64,000 nt of DNA from Octopus vulgaris (lineage: Eukaryota): positions 2,294,001-2,358,000 of the forward strand of contig OX597836.1 in assembly GCA_951406725.2 (NCBI GenBank). The letters run 5' to 3'. Made by a program: the position numbers and the translations under genes. Below, piece after piece: positions 41,328-55,947 of the stretch. Position 1 is the stretch's first letter. The number at the start of each line of letters is the position of its first letter. Under the pieces are notes generated by a model. That model did not search any database, had not been told where the DNA came from, and worked only from the letters and a program-made list of their open reading frames with translations.

Positions 41328-41608
41328 TCAATTTAGGGTAGCAAAAAATTCAGTAGAAATTTATCGCTACCAGCGTTCTAGTGGGAAAGAGAAAATAGTC
41401 AAAGACTAAATATATAAAAAATTAAACAATTTAGGAATTTAATTAAGCTAGTTTACCATTAAAAACACCGAAACGATGCATCGTATAAAGATGAATTAGG
41501 GTAAACGTTTTTAAATTTTCACCTAATTTCTGAATTACTACTTAGCGGTTTGAGTTATGGCTGCTCTTTCTAGTGGACGAATGGCCTATTTAGACCATTC
41601 CTAAATTG

Positions 41609-41663
<55 letters not shown>

Positions 41664-41666
<3 letters not shown>

Positions 41667-41952
41667 GAGTGAAAGCCAGTAGTTAGGGCATTGGACTCGC
41701 GGTTTCAATTCCCAGACTTGGCGTTGTGAGTGTTTATTGAGCGAAATACCTAAAGCTCTACAAGGCTCCAGCAGGGTGAGGTGGCAAGCTCTGCTGTATT
41801 CTTTCGGCACAACTTTCTCTCACTTTCTTCCCGCTTCTGCTGTATCTGTATCTCAAAGGAGCAACCATGTCACACTCTGTGTCACGTCGAATCTCCCCGA
41901 TGACTACGTTAATGGTACACGTGTCTGTGGAGAGCCACGTATACATGGGCGG
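41664..41952 (+). mobile_element. SINE family B (tail type as the 2354 copy)
   Basis: GTTAGGGCA..GGTTTCAATTCCCAGAC..GAATCTCCCCGATGACTACGTTAATGGTACACGTGTCTGTGGAG. Confidence 0.8.
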
Positions 41953-42479
41953 CTGAAAAACAGAAAAGGCGTTACCAAGGAGCATGGCAAGAGAGAGGCG
42001 CCTCAACATCGGCTCCCACTTACGGAGCTCGTATTTTGCAATTAGCCATCTCTGCTCCGATATTGATCATTGATTTCCGACTTGAATTGTGGTGCCACGT
42101 CTTTAACCAAATCTAAGACATCCAGTAAACAGTCTCTCTCAAACAGATCAAACGTTATTCTACATCAAACCAATGAGATTTTCTGTTATTCTTTAAACAT
42201 TCCAGCCTTTAGCGACAACCATCGCCTCCTTGATGCTTTTAGTTAATTTGTCTTATTCTATATTTTCATCAATCAACGCCGCTGCCTTCGTCGTTGCCAT
42301 CATTGTCGTCACCATTGTCATCATGAACATCATCGCCGTCGTCGTTATTTTCTTCGTCTCCATCGTCGCTCTGGAGACAGCAGTCCTCAACGTTCACATC
42401 ATCATCATCATCATCATCATTAACAACATTGTCCTCATCGAGATAAGTCTGAGTTGTTGTCAGCTTTTACTACACTCGT

Positions 42480-42558
42480 CACAATAACAGCAACCACCAC
42501 AATAACAGCAACAACAATAACAACACAACCACCATCTCCACTACTACTACTACTATTA

Positions 42559-42591
<33 letters not shown>

Positions 42592-42592
42592 T

Positions 42593-42629
<37 letters not shown>

Positions 42630-42655
42630 GCTATTACCATCACTACTACTACTAT
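42480..42655. repeat. (CAA)/(CTA)n tract
   Basis: Seen directly. Confidence 0.9.
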
Positions 42656-43159
42656 CCACATCTTTTAATGTTCTCCTCTTCTTCCCATTCTTTGTGACAC
42701 ATCAATTATCTTCGCCCCGTTCCTCCATCTCCCTCTGTCCTACATTTCTACAAGAGATCACAGAAGATGAAGGAAAACAAACATTAAACAGAACCACCAA
42801 GACGACACCAACATCAACAAGAACCACGCCGACACAAACAACAGAATCACACGAACACCAAACCCCTGACACCAACACACAACACTCCTTTACAAAAATG
42901 CCGAAATAAATTTATAGGAAAAATATTTTTGATTATGTAAACAGAACGGTGTTCATTTCCGTTATATTATTCTTCCACGTAGGTCCTTTCTTCCTTTCTT
43001 TCATCTTCTATCCAATCTTCATCAGTAGCCCTCCTCTCCATCTTCCTTGTTCTCGAAACCATCATCGTCGTCGTCGTCATTAGCATCAGCATCATCATCC
43101 CACCATCATATCTACTAGCATCAGTTTCTTCTCAATTTCTTTCGCATCTTCACTTTCAT

Positions 43160-43322
43160 TTTTTGCCGTATTAATTCCGATTCTTTACATTCTGATTTCA
43201 AATCCCACAGTTGTCGATCGTACATCACCTCCCCCATCCCGGGTACAAGATTATTGTTCAAGTACTGCAAACTACTTCATAGATCATTTTCTTCCCACAA
43301 ATGTCAGGCCTTGCTAGAAACT

Positions 43323-43357
<35 letters not shown>

Positions 43358-43585
43358 TATTATTAATATTAAGGCGGCAAGCTAGCAGAATCGTTAGCAA
43401 ACCGGGTGAAATGCTTATCGAATTTTGCCCCTACTTTATGTTCTCAGTTCAAATTCTGCCGATGTCCACTTTGCCTTTCACCTTTTCGGGGTTCGATAAA
43501 TTAAGTTCCAGTTGCGTACTGTGGTCGATCTAATCGACTGGTCCCTTTCCAGTAAATCTCAGGCATTGAGTCTATAATATCAAGG
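43160..43585 (+). mobile_element. Two SINE family A copies (old partial at 43160-43320; full at 43372-43585)
   Basis: GGCGGCAAGCTAGCAGAATCGTTAGC..GCCTTTCACCTTTTCGGGGTTCGATAAATTAAG. Confidence 0.8.
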
Positions 43586-43707
43586 TTTACTACTATTTTT
43601 ATTCCTGTACTTACAAGGCAATAATTTCTTTCTTTTTTTTTTTGGTATCGGTTCGCCTAATTCACTGCTTTACGTGTTGACTTCAGTTTGACTGTACTTC
43701 TGCATTA

Positions 43708-43763
<56 letters not shown>

Positions 43764-45049
43764 TGTAGTAGTGGTAGTAGTAGTAGTAGTAGTACATTTA
43801 TAGCAGCTTATGAGAGTTCCTTAACCATTACCTACTTGCTATTCCGTTTTCTTCGTTGTTCTTCAATCTTCATAAACGGTGAAATCTTCTCATTCTAATT
43901 AAGTGTCCGCTTTTCAAGTGGAACAACTCAAGAATTGTAATCGATATCTCCAAATATCTCTCTAAATTTTAATGTATTTTTTGTTCCGTTTCAACATTCC
44001 TGTTCTACACCCTTTCGATGAAACTGCCGAATTGTTTATTATAGATAATTTAATTTTTACTTTAATTTTTAATTTAATTTAATTTTTACTTTAACACCAT
44101 CAACAATATTCTTTTGGATCATTTCCTTGCCCTTTTCTCCGGACCAGTTATCTACATCTTGCGCGCCCATTCAGTCTTCTTCTTAAACGCAATCATTAAT
44201 TCCCATCAGTGACGTTCATTTTTTCGCCAGGTACATCAATCCCACATGTAAGAATCTCCTTACCACTTGATATATTTCATTTCTAATACACATATTTTCA
44301 AGTTTCCCCTCGTCTTATTGAAAAGGTACTGTGAAATTTGGAAGAAATTTGTAGCTACGTTTGACAGGCAAGTTACTCGTATACTGCTTGGCTTCTTATC
44401 ACAAAAATGTTAAAGATTTTGCTAAATGATATAATACGTGGGAGATACCGTTTTGCAGTACATACTTATTTCTTCATTTTTTCAGATTTCAAATCAGACA
44501 TTACCAACAACTTCAAGGTGAAGTAAAGATATTCCACAGCATCGCGTATGGCGATCCTCAATATACGTTTCTCTCCCGACAACAATTAGCAAATCATTTG
44601 TCGATGCCAAAAGAATGAAAAGCAACGTAAAAATTACCGCTGTTTGCTAAAGACCACCTGCAAAAATATGGCAAAGAATTCTCTTACGCGATGGAAGGGT
44701 TCTGAAAATTGACCAATTTTAGCTTACAGTTATTTTTCTATGCAGAGCAAGAGAGAGTGTAGCATGAAGTGTTTTAAAACGGGAATATGTTCAGTCTAGA
44801 AAACCGCTGCACTGTCACATATATACAAATACGCCAACATATTTAGTGATGTCTATATGTATATGTCAGTGAATGTGTGTGTATGCGTGTGTACAAATGT
44901 GTGTGAATGTATATAAATATATATATATATATGTTTGTGTCAGATACTTCTTGTGTGTGTATACGGTACTGTGGTTTTGGATCTGCGCTTGTCATCTGTG
45001 TGTTTGTGTGGGGGTGTCGAGTACGTGATACAAGCGGAAGGAAGAGCTA

Positions 45050-45116
45050 AATAGATAAATAGATAAACTGATAGATAGACAGACAGTTCAATCGATCTAT
45101 AGATAGAAAGACAGTC

Positions 45117-45151
<35 letters not shown>

Positions 45152-45214
45152 CATACAGACCGATATATAGATAGAAAGATAGACAGATAGACATATATAT
45201 ATATAAAGAGAGGG

Positions 45215-45245
<31 letters not shown>

Positions 45246-45308
45246 CATACAGACCGATAGATAGATAGAAAGATAGACAGATAGACATATATATATATAA
45301 AGAGAGGG

Positions 45309-45346
<38 letters not shown>

Positions 45347-45365
45347 ATGGATAGATGGATATTAA

Positions 45366-45420
<55 letters not shown>
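45050..45420. repeat. (GATA)n compound tract containing a duplicated unit of about 95 bp
   Basis: GACATACAGACCGATA..GAAAGATAGACAGATAGACATATATATATATAAAGAGAGGGAG occurs at about 45150 and 45245. Confidence 0.9.
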
Positions 45421-45421
<1 letters not shown>

Positions 45422-46439
45422 AACGAAAGAATGGAAAGGAAGAACATGAGAGGAGACAGCGAGAGTGAGAAAAAGAGAGTCAGAAAGCCTGGGAAATCGT
45501 AGAAAGGGAAATAGTATTTTAAATGACAGGTCTCTGTATTTGTATCTATGCGTTTTCATGTTCTCCATTTAAATTTAATATTTAATTAGACACAACCATT
45601 AGTAAACATTAGATAGCATTAACAATTAAAAATAAAAACATAATTGCGACGAAACAAAGTATATAAGATTTAGAGAAAATCGTATTTATATGAAGAGTTT
45701 CGAGATAAAACAATTATAAATAGTTTAGAAAGTAATGAAGACGAAATTAGTAATTGATTAATGAATTAGAAATGTCTATAAAGTTTTCAATTGCTTCTTC
45801 TTCATCATCATTATCATCATCGTCATCGTCGTCGTCGTCATCATCATATATTCTTGTTGTTATTATAATTAGTAGTAGTTGTGGTGGTAGGAACAGCAGC
45901 AGCAGCAGCAACAGAAGCAGCAGCAACAGCAACAGCAGCAGCAGCCGTTCAAGAATTTGGATCTGGAGATCTCCATTTCTAGCGACTTTGAAAGCCACCT
46001 CCCAGTGGTGTCGGGCGTCAACGAAGAGCCCTCGACTACAACAAGACGACCAAAGTTTTCTTTTTTTCCCAAGGTCTGGGGTCCCCCGCCCGTAAGCCCT
46101 AGACCATCCCCTAATCACCCTTACCCGTCTTGTTGCTTAACAACAACAACGACAGCAGCAGCAGCAGCAGCGGCAGCAGCAGCGGCAGCAGCAGCAACAG
46201 CAACAGCAGCAGCAGCAGTAGTAGTAGTAATAGTAGTGTCTTTCAATTTTGTTTCCATTTCTTGCCGAGTGTCTTCCCAACATCTTGGGAGAAGAATCTC
46301 TCTCAGTACAACGGTAGGCCATTAAGATAAACACACCAGATTGTTCATATACAAAGTCGTGTGATAGAAAAGAAAATGGAAGAGAAAACAGGGGGGGGGA
46401 GAAAACAAAGAAAATAAGGGGGAACAGGAAAGAAAATTC

Positions 46440-47016
46440 ACAGTGACAATGCTCTTCTCAATGCGTGTGACTTTCCTGTTAAGAAGGTTCTTTTGCACTT
46501 CCTACATGGATGGTAAGCCAAGGATCACCCTCAAATAATTTTTAGTTCCCCTTTTGGTCATACCAAGTGCTCCTACAGTCACTGATATTATAACCCTCTT
46601 GAGTTGCAACATTTTTTTGTATTTCAATCAGCAAATTCTTATATTTTCTGAGCTTATCAAATTCTTTTGCTGAGATATTATGATCATAGGGTAAACTCAT
46701 GTCAATCAAAAAACAGATGTTTGTGCTTTGTTCTTTCACAACAATATCTGGTTTATCAGCTTGATAGTCTGGTCTGTATGTATTAGAGAGTCCCAAAGAA
46801 TCGCTACATTTTCTCCCTTCATAGCCTAAATATGGAGCTTGTACCATTTGTCACCAGTTTTGCTTTTATAACGTCGACATATTATGCAGTGTACATATTG
46901 GCCAACACAGTCATGTCTAGATGTATACTCTACCGGTGCTAAAACCTTATACCTAAAGATTAGGTAATCGATTGTTTCAATTTCATTGTGACACTGTCGG
47001 CACTTTGGGTCAACTC

Positions 47017-47020
<4 letters not shown>
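46440..47020 (-). mobile_element. R4/Dong-clade non-LTR retrotransposon 3' fragment (CCHC knuckle plus restriction-like endonuclease)
   Basis: Reads DPKCRQCHNEIETIDYL..EYTSRHDCVGQYVH and ADKPDIVVKEQSTNICFLIDMSLPYDHNISAKEFDKLRKYKNL (PD..D..K RLE motif), with frameshifts. Confidence 0.92.
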
Positions 47021-47587
<567 letters not shown>

Positions 47588-47809
47588 GTTATTATTATTT
47601 TTATTACAGCTATCATTAATTGTGTGCTGTTAGTTGTAAACTGTACTAAATCATTAAACATGTATTTATGTAATTATTTGTCTCTGCGCGCTTACACACA
47701 CACATACGTACAAAGTTTTTACAATCGTTCTCATTTTCATAGCAATTTTTCTAGCTAAAATCACATTCGAAAACTGTATAAAGTAAACTTCATAGACTTT
47801 CATATTTAT

Positions 47810-48005
47810 ACATACATACATACATACGTGTGTACGTATATACATACATACATACATACATACATACGACGGGCTTCTTCAAAAATCCACTCGCATGGGT
47901 CTGGTCAACCAGAGGCTATAGTAAAAACACTTGCCCAGGTGGCCACAACACGGGACTGAGCCTGGAACCATGTTATTGGAAAGCAAGCCTTTTACCACTC
48001 AGCTA
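47810..48005 (-). mobile_element. SINE family C, 5' half
   Basis: ACGACGGGCTTC..GAGGCTATAG..ACACTTGCCCAGGTG..GGAACCATGT. Confidence 0.75.
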
Positions 48006-48795
48006 CGTTCACATAAAGAAAACGTATGGAATTTTTGCTCATTGCACACATGATAGATATTTTTGAAAACTTGTCTTCCCCTTTGTCTGACAAATGAACG
48101 AAAAGTAACCCATTTTGAACATTTTTCTTGTTTCGTTTCATGGGTTCTTGCATCTACCAATGGACAGGTTCCGTATTTTAAGATCCATTAGAAAATAATT
48201 TATGTGATTCTGATCAACATGTCTGGTGAGTCGCCTGTGTTGCCAACTGCATTAATGGAGGTGAAAGCAAGGATAACTTTCTGAACGGATATAATCGACG
48301 TTACACTACTTGTCCATATATATAGCTCAACACAGCACATACACACACAAACAAGCAGACACATACATGCGTACATACACACACACGATTACACAAGCAC
48401 AAAGTAACACACATACAAACACTTGAGAATGATTATTTATGTCGTAATCTTTTGTGCCCAATATTTTAAGGAACTTGTCAAACTTTTTTATGTCCTTAAC
48501 TTGTCCCTGTTACCAAAGACTGTATATATGTAATGTAGCAATTTGTAACAACCAATAATTAACGCAACCAAACTTCAATATGTTACTTTTGACAATCTTT
48601 TTCCAAAGAGTGATACCGGTAAAGTAAATAAACATCTTTTAAAATAACATTTTCAAACCTTCTTTCGTATATAATTCCACTCGTGCGGTACCCTACAACT
48701 CCACTTTGTTATATATATATATATATATATATATGCATACACGCTCTCACACATGCTTACATCTTAACAGAGAGTAATAAATAGACAGCTAGCAG

Positions 48796-48861
<66 letters not shown>

Positions 48862-48910
48862 CAGAGAGATAGAGAGAGAGAAAGGGAGAGAGACAGACGG
48901 ACAGAGAGAA
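48796..48910. repeat. (GATA)n/(GA)n
   Basis: Seen directly. Confidence 0.95.
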
Positions 48911-49466
48911 GTAATACAGATATTGATAGTAAAGTATACAACAAATTTCGTCAGTCAACACGATGTGATTCAATTGGTAATTCAATCTCAGAAGTGCAAG
49001 GAATATTTCTCTCCATATCGCCATCTTTGCAATGTAGAGTAGTGCTATTAGAGTAATTACAATAATTGGCATTATTACAGACATACAGCGCTATCGCTAA
49101 TATCATTAATAATTGCAATAACACACGACTCGATTTCAAACAATGCAGTATTTAAACAACTGTTTGCTCAACGAGATTAACAATGGAAACCGTGCGCATT
49201 GGCCAGAGTCAATCTATATCAATTTCATATTAATATTTGCACTTCCTGGTACATTTTATATATTCTTGCATGTGTATTGTGCCACAATATTTTAGATCAA
49301 CTTTCAGATCATTCCGGATTAAGATTCTATTACGTATTGGTATATTGCAATATTGGAAAACAATATGCATACATGTGTCCATGTATATTTAGGTATACAT
49401 ACATGTACACACCTATATTTAAATGTAAATATATATGCATTTGTGTATCTATCTATCCTCCATCAA

Positions 49467-49535
<69 letters not shown>

Positions 49536-49882
49536 GGATGAAAAACATTTAGATTCCAATTCCTTGGTACTTTATGATTCAATGCGTGATTCAAATTTGG
49601 AATGGCTGAGGAATTACATCGCGCTTTGAAACTCAAAATACTAAGGAATTTGTTTTTGATCTGTAAATCTCACTCCCAATAGATGAGTTCAGTGTCCTTC
49701 TTTGGTACGTCTACACAGGCATAAGCACACACATATATATATATATATATAATATAATATAATGCATTTAACTAAATATTTTTAACTAAAGATTTATATA
49801 TGTATATATATATTTATATGCATATATATACACGCATATATATATATATATATGTGTGTATGTGTGTGTTTGTGTGTGCCTG

Positions 49883-49926
<44 letters not shown>

Positions 49927-50614
49927 TATATATGTGTATTTCTATATACACATGTGTGTGTGCAACCATATACGAAGTATGTTTGTATATATGTGGGAAG
50001 CCATTTATATATATATATATATATATATACCCATCCACTTTAATAAATACACATATATGAGTGTGTATATATGTGCATAGATATATGTGAATGAAATCCA
50101 TTACAGTTACCCTCTTTCCAAGCGTATCACACCATGAAACCTATGATCGCTCCCATGATCATAACAAACCATACGAAACTAAAAAACGAAAACAAAACTA
50201 CAAATGAAAATAGCACAAACCATTTCTTTCTCTATCCACTCCCTTCCTCTGTGATTAAGGAAAATATGAGATTTAATTTAGCAGTTTATGATTAATAATC
50301 CAAATAATTATCGGTAATAATTATATATTTTTTAAAATTCTTTATTTGTGTTTTTATGTGCCAGAATATTTATTTGGAATTTTTATTATTTGTTTATTCT
50401 GAGTTTTTTGCAGCTTCCTTCCTACGTTATAGGAAATTTACGGAATTGATTTAATTTTAGATAGACGGTTTAATCAAAATCATATAAGTCTCCTATCTAT
50501 AATTTATTTACTTAAGGAATACGAATCAGGGAAAACTGAAAGATACGAAAGAATTCCTAATTTACGTAAATGTATATATATGTATGTATACACACGCAAA
50601 CACACACACACACG

Positions 50615-50671
<57 letters not shown>

Positions 50672-50693
50672 GTATATATATATACATATATAT

Positions 50694-50737
<44 letters not shown>

Positions 50738-50775
50738 AGGTATATTTATATTTATATATATATATATATATATAT

Positions 50776-51016
50776 AGGCGCAATGGCCTAGTGGTTAGGG
50801 CAGCGGACTTGCGGTCGGAGGATCGCGGTTTCGATTCCCAGACCGGGCGTTGTGTGTGTTTATTGAGCGAAAAAAACACCTAAAAGCTCCACGAGGCTCC
50901 GGCAGGAGGTGGTGATCCCTGCTGTACTCTTTCACCACTCTAAAAGGCGGTGCTCCAGCATGGCCGCAGTCAAATGACTGAAACAAGTACAAAAAAAAAA
51001 AAAAAAAAAAAAAAAA
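50776..51016 (+). mobile_element. Chimeric SINE: family B head and body fused to family C 3' end plus poly-A
   Basis: B sequence to 50940, then TAAAAGGCGGTGCTCCAGCATGGCCGCAGTCAAATGACTGAAACAAGTAC followed by A25. Confidence 0.85.
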
Positions 51017-51654
51017 TATATATACTCAGACACACACCCGTCCACACACAAACAGACATGCACTGTGTGTGCGAATGTGTGTGTAATTGTATTGTGTAAT
51101 TTTGATACACCTAAGTACATTATGTGGTCCACGAAGCGGAGGCGTAATAATGATATAATCTAATATAACTACACAGGCATAATTTCTCATGCATACGTTT
51201 CTCTTATATATATATATGTGTGTGTGTGTGCATGTGTGTGTGTGATGTGTGTCTTATGCATGTGTGTATATATATACACACATATATAAACACATAAATC
51301 TGTATGTATGGATATATCCATATATACGTGTTTATATGAATATGACTTTATATATGCTTATATATGCGTATACATATCTAAATATATGCACGTTCAATAT
51401 CTTAGAAAATAAATTGCTTTTTGTCACATATAATGATATGGTTTGTATAATAATTCCATAGGCGACATTTAATGCCAATATTCATTACAAATACGGGAGT
51501 TTGTAAGTGCTTACATAGGTGTATATAAGTGTGTGTCTAAGGAGGATATATGAAAAAGAGACATTAAGAATGAGTTCTGTTTGCTTCCTACACTCTCAGC
51601 ATCTGTATCTCAGCTGTGTTCAGAATATCCTTCCGGTATATTATTTTATGTCTT

Positions 51655-51867
51655 TTTTTCTATTCTAGGCACAAGGCCCGAAAATTTTGGGGAGGGGGCC
51701 AGTCGATTAGATCGAATCCAGTACGCAAATGCTACTTAATTTAAGACATCGAAAGGATAAAAGGCAAAGTCGACCTCGTCGGAATTTGAACTCAGAACGT
51801 AAAGACGGACGAAATACCGCTCAGTATTTCGCCCGGCGTGCTAATGTTTGTGCCAGCTCGCCGCCTT
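51655..51867 (-). mobile_element. SINE family A
   Basis: Reverse complement of family A. Confidence 0.88.
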
Positions 51868-52000
51868 CTTATCCAATCTGTATATTGTAGCAACACAGAA
51901 GCTAGACTTTTTTTCTTTTTCTTTTGCTAATGTAATTTCATTTAAATTGTTGGAAAAAATTATTAAAACAAAACTAGAATCTTAAATACCAAATCTAAAA

Positions 52001-52057
<57 letters not shown>

Positions 52058-52464
52058 TCTTATAGGGCCTAACTCAGCGTTTCCCAACTTATTTTGCCCC
52101 AAGTTCAACTATTTCCATAAATGTATATACCCAACGTTGTTGGGAAAGAAATGATAATTTTAGTTTAAAGATTTCTTCAGAGAAATCTACAGATTACGCT
52201 TTTATCAAGGGCTGAGTAAGGAATAAATATGATTGATTAAGAAGAAACAGTAACGCCCTTTAATGAGAGCCATGTGCAGTGCGATTACAGCACCACGCTC
52301 CGGTGGGTAATATGCTCCATGTTCGGTACCACGGGTGTTAATGTTTTTTCCATTCTGAGGGGTAGACGTCTGATATACTGACAAATTCATTTGCCTACCA
52401 TATTAGATTACCTTTATATTTCTACTGAAGGTGTATATGTGTGTGGGCAAAAAAGAAATAAAAG

Positions 52465-52655
52465 TCGTAGCCCGCTTGTCGAAATGCTTCTTGGTACTTC
52501 ACCCGTTGTTAGATTCTAAGTTCAAATATCGCCGAGGTCATCTTTACCTTTCATCCTGTCGGGGTCGATAAATTAGGTACCTGTTGAATACTGGGGTCGA
52601 TGTAATCGACTATCCGCGTACCGCAAAATTTCAGGGCTTGTTCCTTTAGTAGAAA
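52465..52655 (+). mobile_element. SINE family A (diverged)
   Basis: AAGTTCAAATATCGCCGAGGTC..CCTTTCATCCTGTCGGGGTCGATAAATTAGGTACC. Confidence 0.8.
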
Positions 52656-53817
52656 CTGTTACTTCATTTTCGTGTTGGTGCTTGCGGTCTAAAGATTTTG
52701 CATTCACTTCCCAATTGTAGCTAGACGAATAAGTAATATTATAAAAGAACTTTCCTTGAATTCCTCTTATATATCTCGTCTATCTAAATATTACCTACGG
52801 TGTACATGATCGTCCTTGCTTCGTTTCCAGTCCAAAGTGTATCCGTTGTCCATCAACCGTATATAACATTCCGCTGTGGCTGCTTTGATACCTTCAGCAC
52901 TATTTTCAGGTTGCTGCAGACGCCTGAAAATAAAACTGGAGTCTTGTCGAGTGATCTGAGGACCGCTGAGTTTTGTTTTGTTCCGATTCTGCCTATAACG
53001 CGTCTTTGTCATTTACGCACATTCATGATGGCCAAAACACTACCATATGTTCCAGTTCCACGCAAATGAAACTAGCACGGTCCATGTGTGTGCAATGTGC
53101 GTGCATGCATGTATGTATGCATACATACACACACACACACATATATATATATATATGCATATCTGTACATACATGTGTATATGCATATTAAAATTGTATA
53201 TAGAGACTTACATTTATAGAGACATACACACACAGGCGGACCCAAATACGTACTTACATTTTTATTGACATAAATACATACAGTCGTACATCCAAAGATA
53301 CAAAGAAAATGTCTGTGTTTATATTTACAATGCTTAATTGCACTATAGAAACGGTTAATATGTTGAAATCGTGAAATCAATTACAAAAGCCACTAACTAG
53401 GTTGATTGACAAAAGACATGAACACCTTCAACATCACTTCACCTAACAAAATGTGCTTTCATTTTATGTTATAAAACGATCAATCACGTTGTAATACTAT
53501 ACACCAAATACTTACAATCTCTTTCACGCAAGAGAAATACATACATATACATACATACATCCATCGACATATATATGCTTATGTATGTATGTATGTATGT
53601 ATGTATGTATGTATGTATGTATGTATGTATGTATGTATACACGCACACATAGGCACACACGCGCGTACTTACGCGCAACAGACGTAAACAGAAGACACGA
53701 AATAAAACAAAATTGGTGAAAACACTGTCTCTTCTTCTACACCGATCGATCGTGACGAACAAATTCGTTCCAACACGAACATGAAAGCAACTATTTATAC
53801 ATACGTATATATATATG

Positions 53818-53851
<34 letters not shown>

Positions 53852-54051
53852 GACGTACAAACAACATCCACGTTCACACGAATGCATACTTATACGGAAG
53901 CGATGAGACACACACACACACACATTTATGCGTGTATGTATGTGCCAGCTATTTTGTTTCTCTTTTTCTTCATCTCACATCTCTTTTCATCTCTTTTCTT
54001 CATCACACATTTCAGCGCTTATCATTCTAACGTTCAATATATATATATATG

Positions 54052-54163
<112 letters not shown>

Positions 54164-54289
54164 ATAGGCACAGGAGTGGCTGTGTGGTACGAAGGTTGCT
54201 GCTTCTTCCCAACCACACGGTCTCGGGTTCAGTCCCACTTCGTGGCCCCTTGGGCATTTGTCTCCCATTATAACCTCGGGATGCCCAAA
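54164..54289 (+). mobile_element. SINE family C, 5' fragment
   Basis: ATAGGCACAGGAGTGGCTGTGTGG..GGGTTCAGTCCCAC..CCTTGGGCA. Confidence 0.8.
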
Positions 54290-54465
54290 TTATTTAACCA
54301 CATGAGCGCCATTTAAATGGATGGCATGAAAAACCCTATTGGTCCCTGAATCTGTCAATTTCTTAATAGTACCAGGTTAGACTGCCTCTGCGGCAGCTTT
54401 GAGGGTCGTCCACAAGACATCTTTCGAAGTAAATTGGCGTCCATCGACATATACATCTTATTTAA
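54290..54465 (-). mobile_element. Tc1-family transposase C-terminal fragment
   Basis: Reads [52 protein letters not shown]. Confidence 0.8.
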
Positions 54466-54480
54466 AGAAGCAAGCCTCTT

Positions 54481-54889
54481 ATTTCTTTATTGCTCACAAG
54501 AGGCTAAACATAGAGGGGACAAACAATGACAGACAAAGGGATTAAGTCGATTACATCGATCCCAGTGCTTAACTGGTACTTATTAATCGAACCTGAAAGG
54601 ATGAAAGGCAAAGTCGACCTCGGCCGAATTTACCTCAGAACGTAAAGACTGACGAAATACCTATTTCTTTACTACCAACAAGGACCTAAACATAGAGGGA
54701 ACAAACAAGGACAGATAAAGGGATTAAGTCGTTTACATCGGCCCTAGTGCGTAACTGGTACTTATTAATCGACCCTGAAAGTATGAAAGGCAATGTTGAC
54801 CGCGGCGGAATTTGACCTCAGAACGTAGCAGCAGCCGAAATACCGCTAAGCATTTCGCCGGCGTGCTGACATTTCTGCCAGCTCACCGC
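54481..54889 (-). mobile_element. SINE family A dimer nested in a family C head fragment
   Basis: Two units joined at about 54660. Family C sequence AGCAAGCCTCTTA (54469-54481) resumes as CTTACCACACAGCCACTC (twice, from 54889). Confidence 0.88.
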
Positions 54890-55635
54890 TTACCACACAG
54901 CCACTCTTACCACACAGCCACTCCTGCTGTAGAAGTGTATAGGAATATATATATATATATTTATAGATACTCATGCACAATGCTACATACTTTCCCAAAT
55001 TCAGTTTGTGTTAAACACACTCACAAACACAGATACACACACACAAAAAACCATATACACAGAAAAAAACACACACGCACAAACAAAATATCATACACAC
55101 ACATATACATATTCGATGTAGTTTACATTGTGCTCTCACAAAAGAAGCCGAAGTGTTGGAAAGCTTACGAAAACTGAAATTACCTCCATAAATGTGAGAG
55201 CGGTAATTGGAAGACGAAGAATGCGTTTTAAATGGAGAAATAAATGCATCGAGAAGTTTAGCATTGCCGAGATTTTCAGATTGAGGCCTCTAACTTAATT
55301 GATATTTTATTTACTCAACGTTTTATTTAAAGTGAATTGTTGACTATAAACTCTCCACCAGTCTTTCTCCATTGCTATACAATACAATGTCACACAATTT
55401 TATCGTTAGCCACAGACAAATTCTCCGATAAACCGATGTTTGCTTACAGTTAAAGTCGGACGCACAGTCTTTCTCTCTTCCTCTCCTTTTCCTTCTTATT
55501 TCTTTTCTTTTTTTTTTTACAAACTAAACTGTCTGTGGCTTAGTAAGTGACATATTGTTCTACCAGACATGTAGATTCTTAGATTCTTACTTCCCTCACG
55601 GCTATTTGTAGATGTTGCTATTGTTGGTGTCATCA

Positions 55636-55638
55636 TCA

Positions 55639-55669
<31 letters not shown>

Positions 55670-55793
55670 AATTATTATTACTATTATTATTATTATTATT
55701 ATTGTTATTATTATTATTATTATGATTATTATTATTATCTATCTGCGTGTCTGTCTGTCTGTCTAGCTACCTACCTATCTATCTATATATATG

Positions 55794-55841
<48 letters not shown>

Positions 55842-55890
55842 CATATCTATCTATCTATCTATCTATCTATCTACCTGTCTGTCTATCTAT
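55636..55890. repeat. (ATT)n followed by (TATC)n
   Basis: Seen directly. Confidence 0.95.
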
Positions 55891-55895
55891 CAATG

Positions 55896-55947
<52 letters not shown>

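Noticed and set aside
44488-44519. 32-nt micro-exon (TTTTCAG..AAG|GTGAAG)
   Set aside because: Weak donor and no supporting context; such sites arise by chance.
48951-49139. 62-aa Cys-containing ORF with a signal-peptide-like start
   Set aside because: Starts at TTG, no homology recognised, and hydrophobic runs are expected in AT-rich DNA.
52076-52153. Tiny hAT-like MITE (CAGCGTTTCCCAAC..GTTGGGAAA)
   Set aside because: Only 9 bp of inverted match and no TSD.
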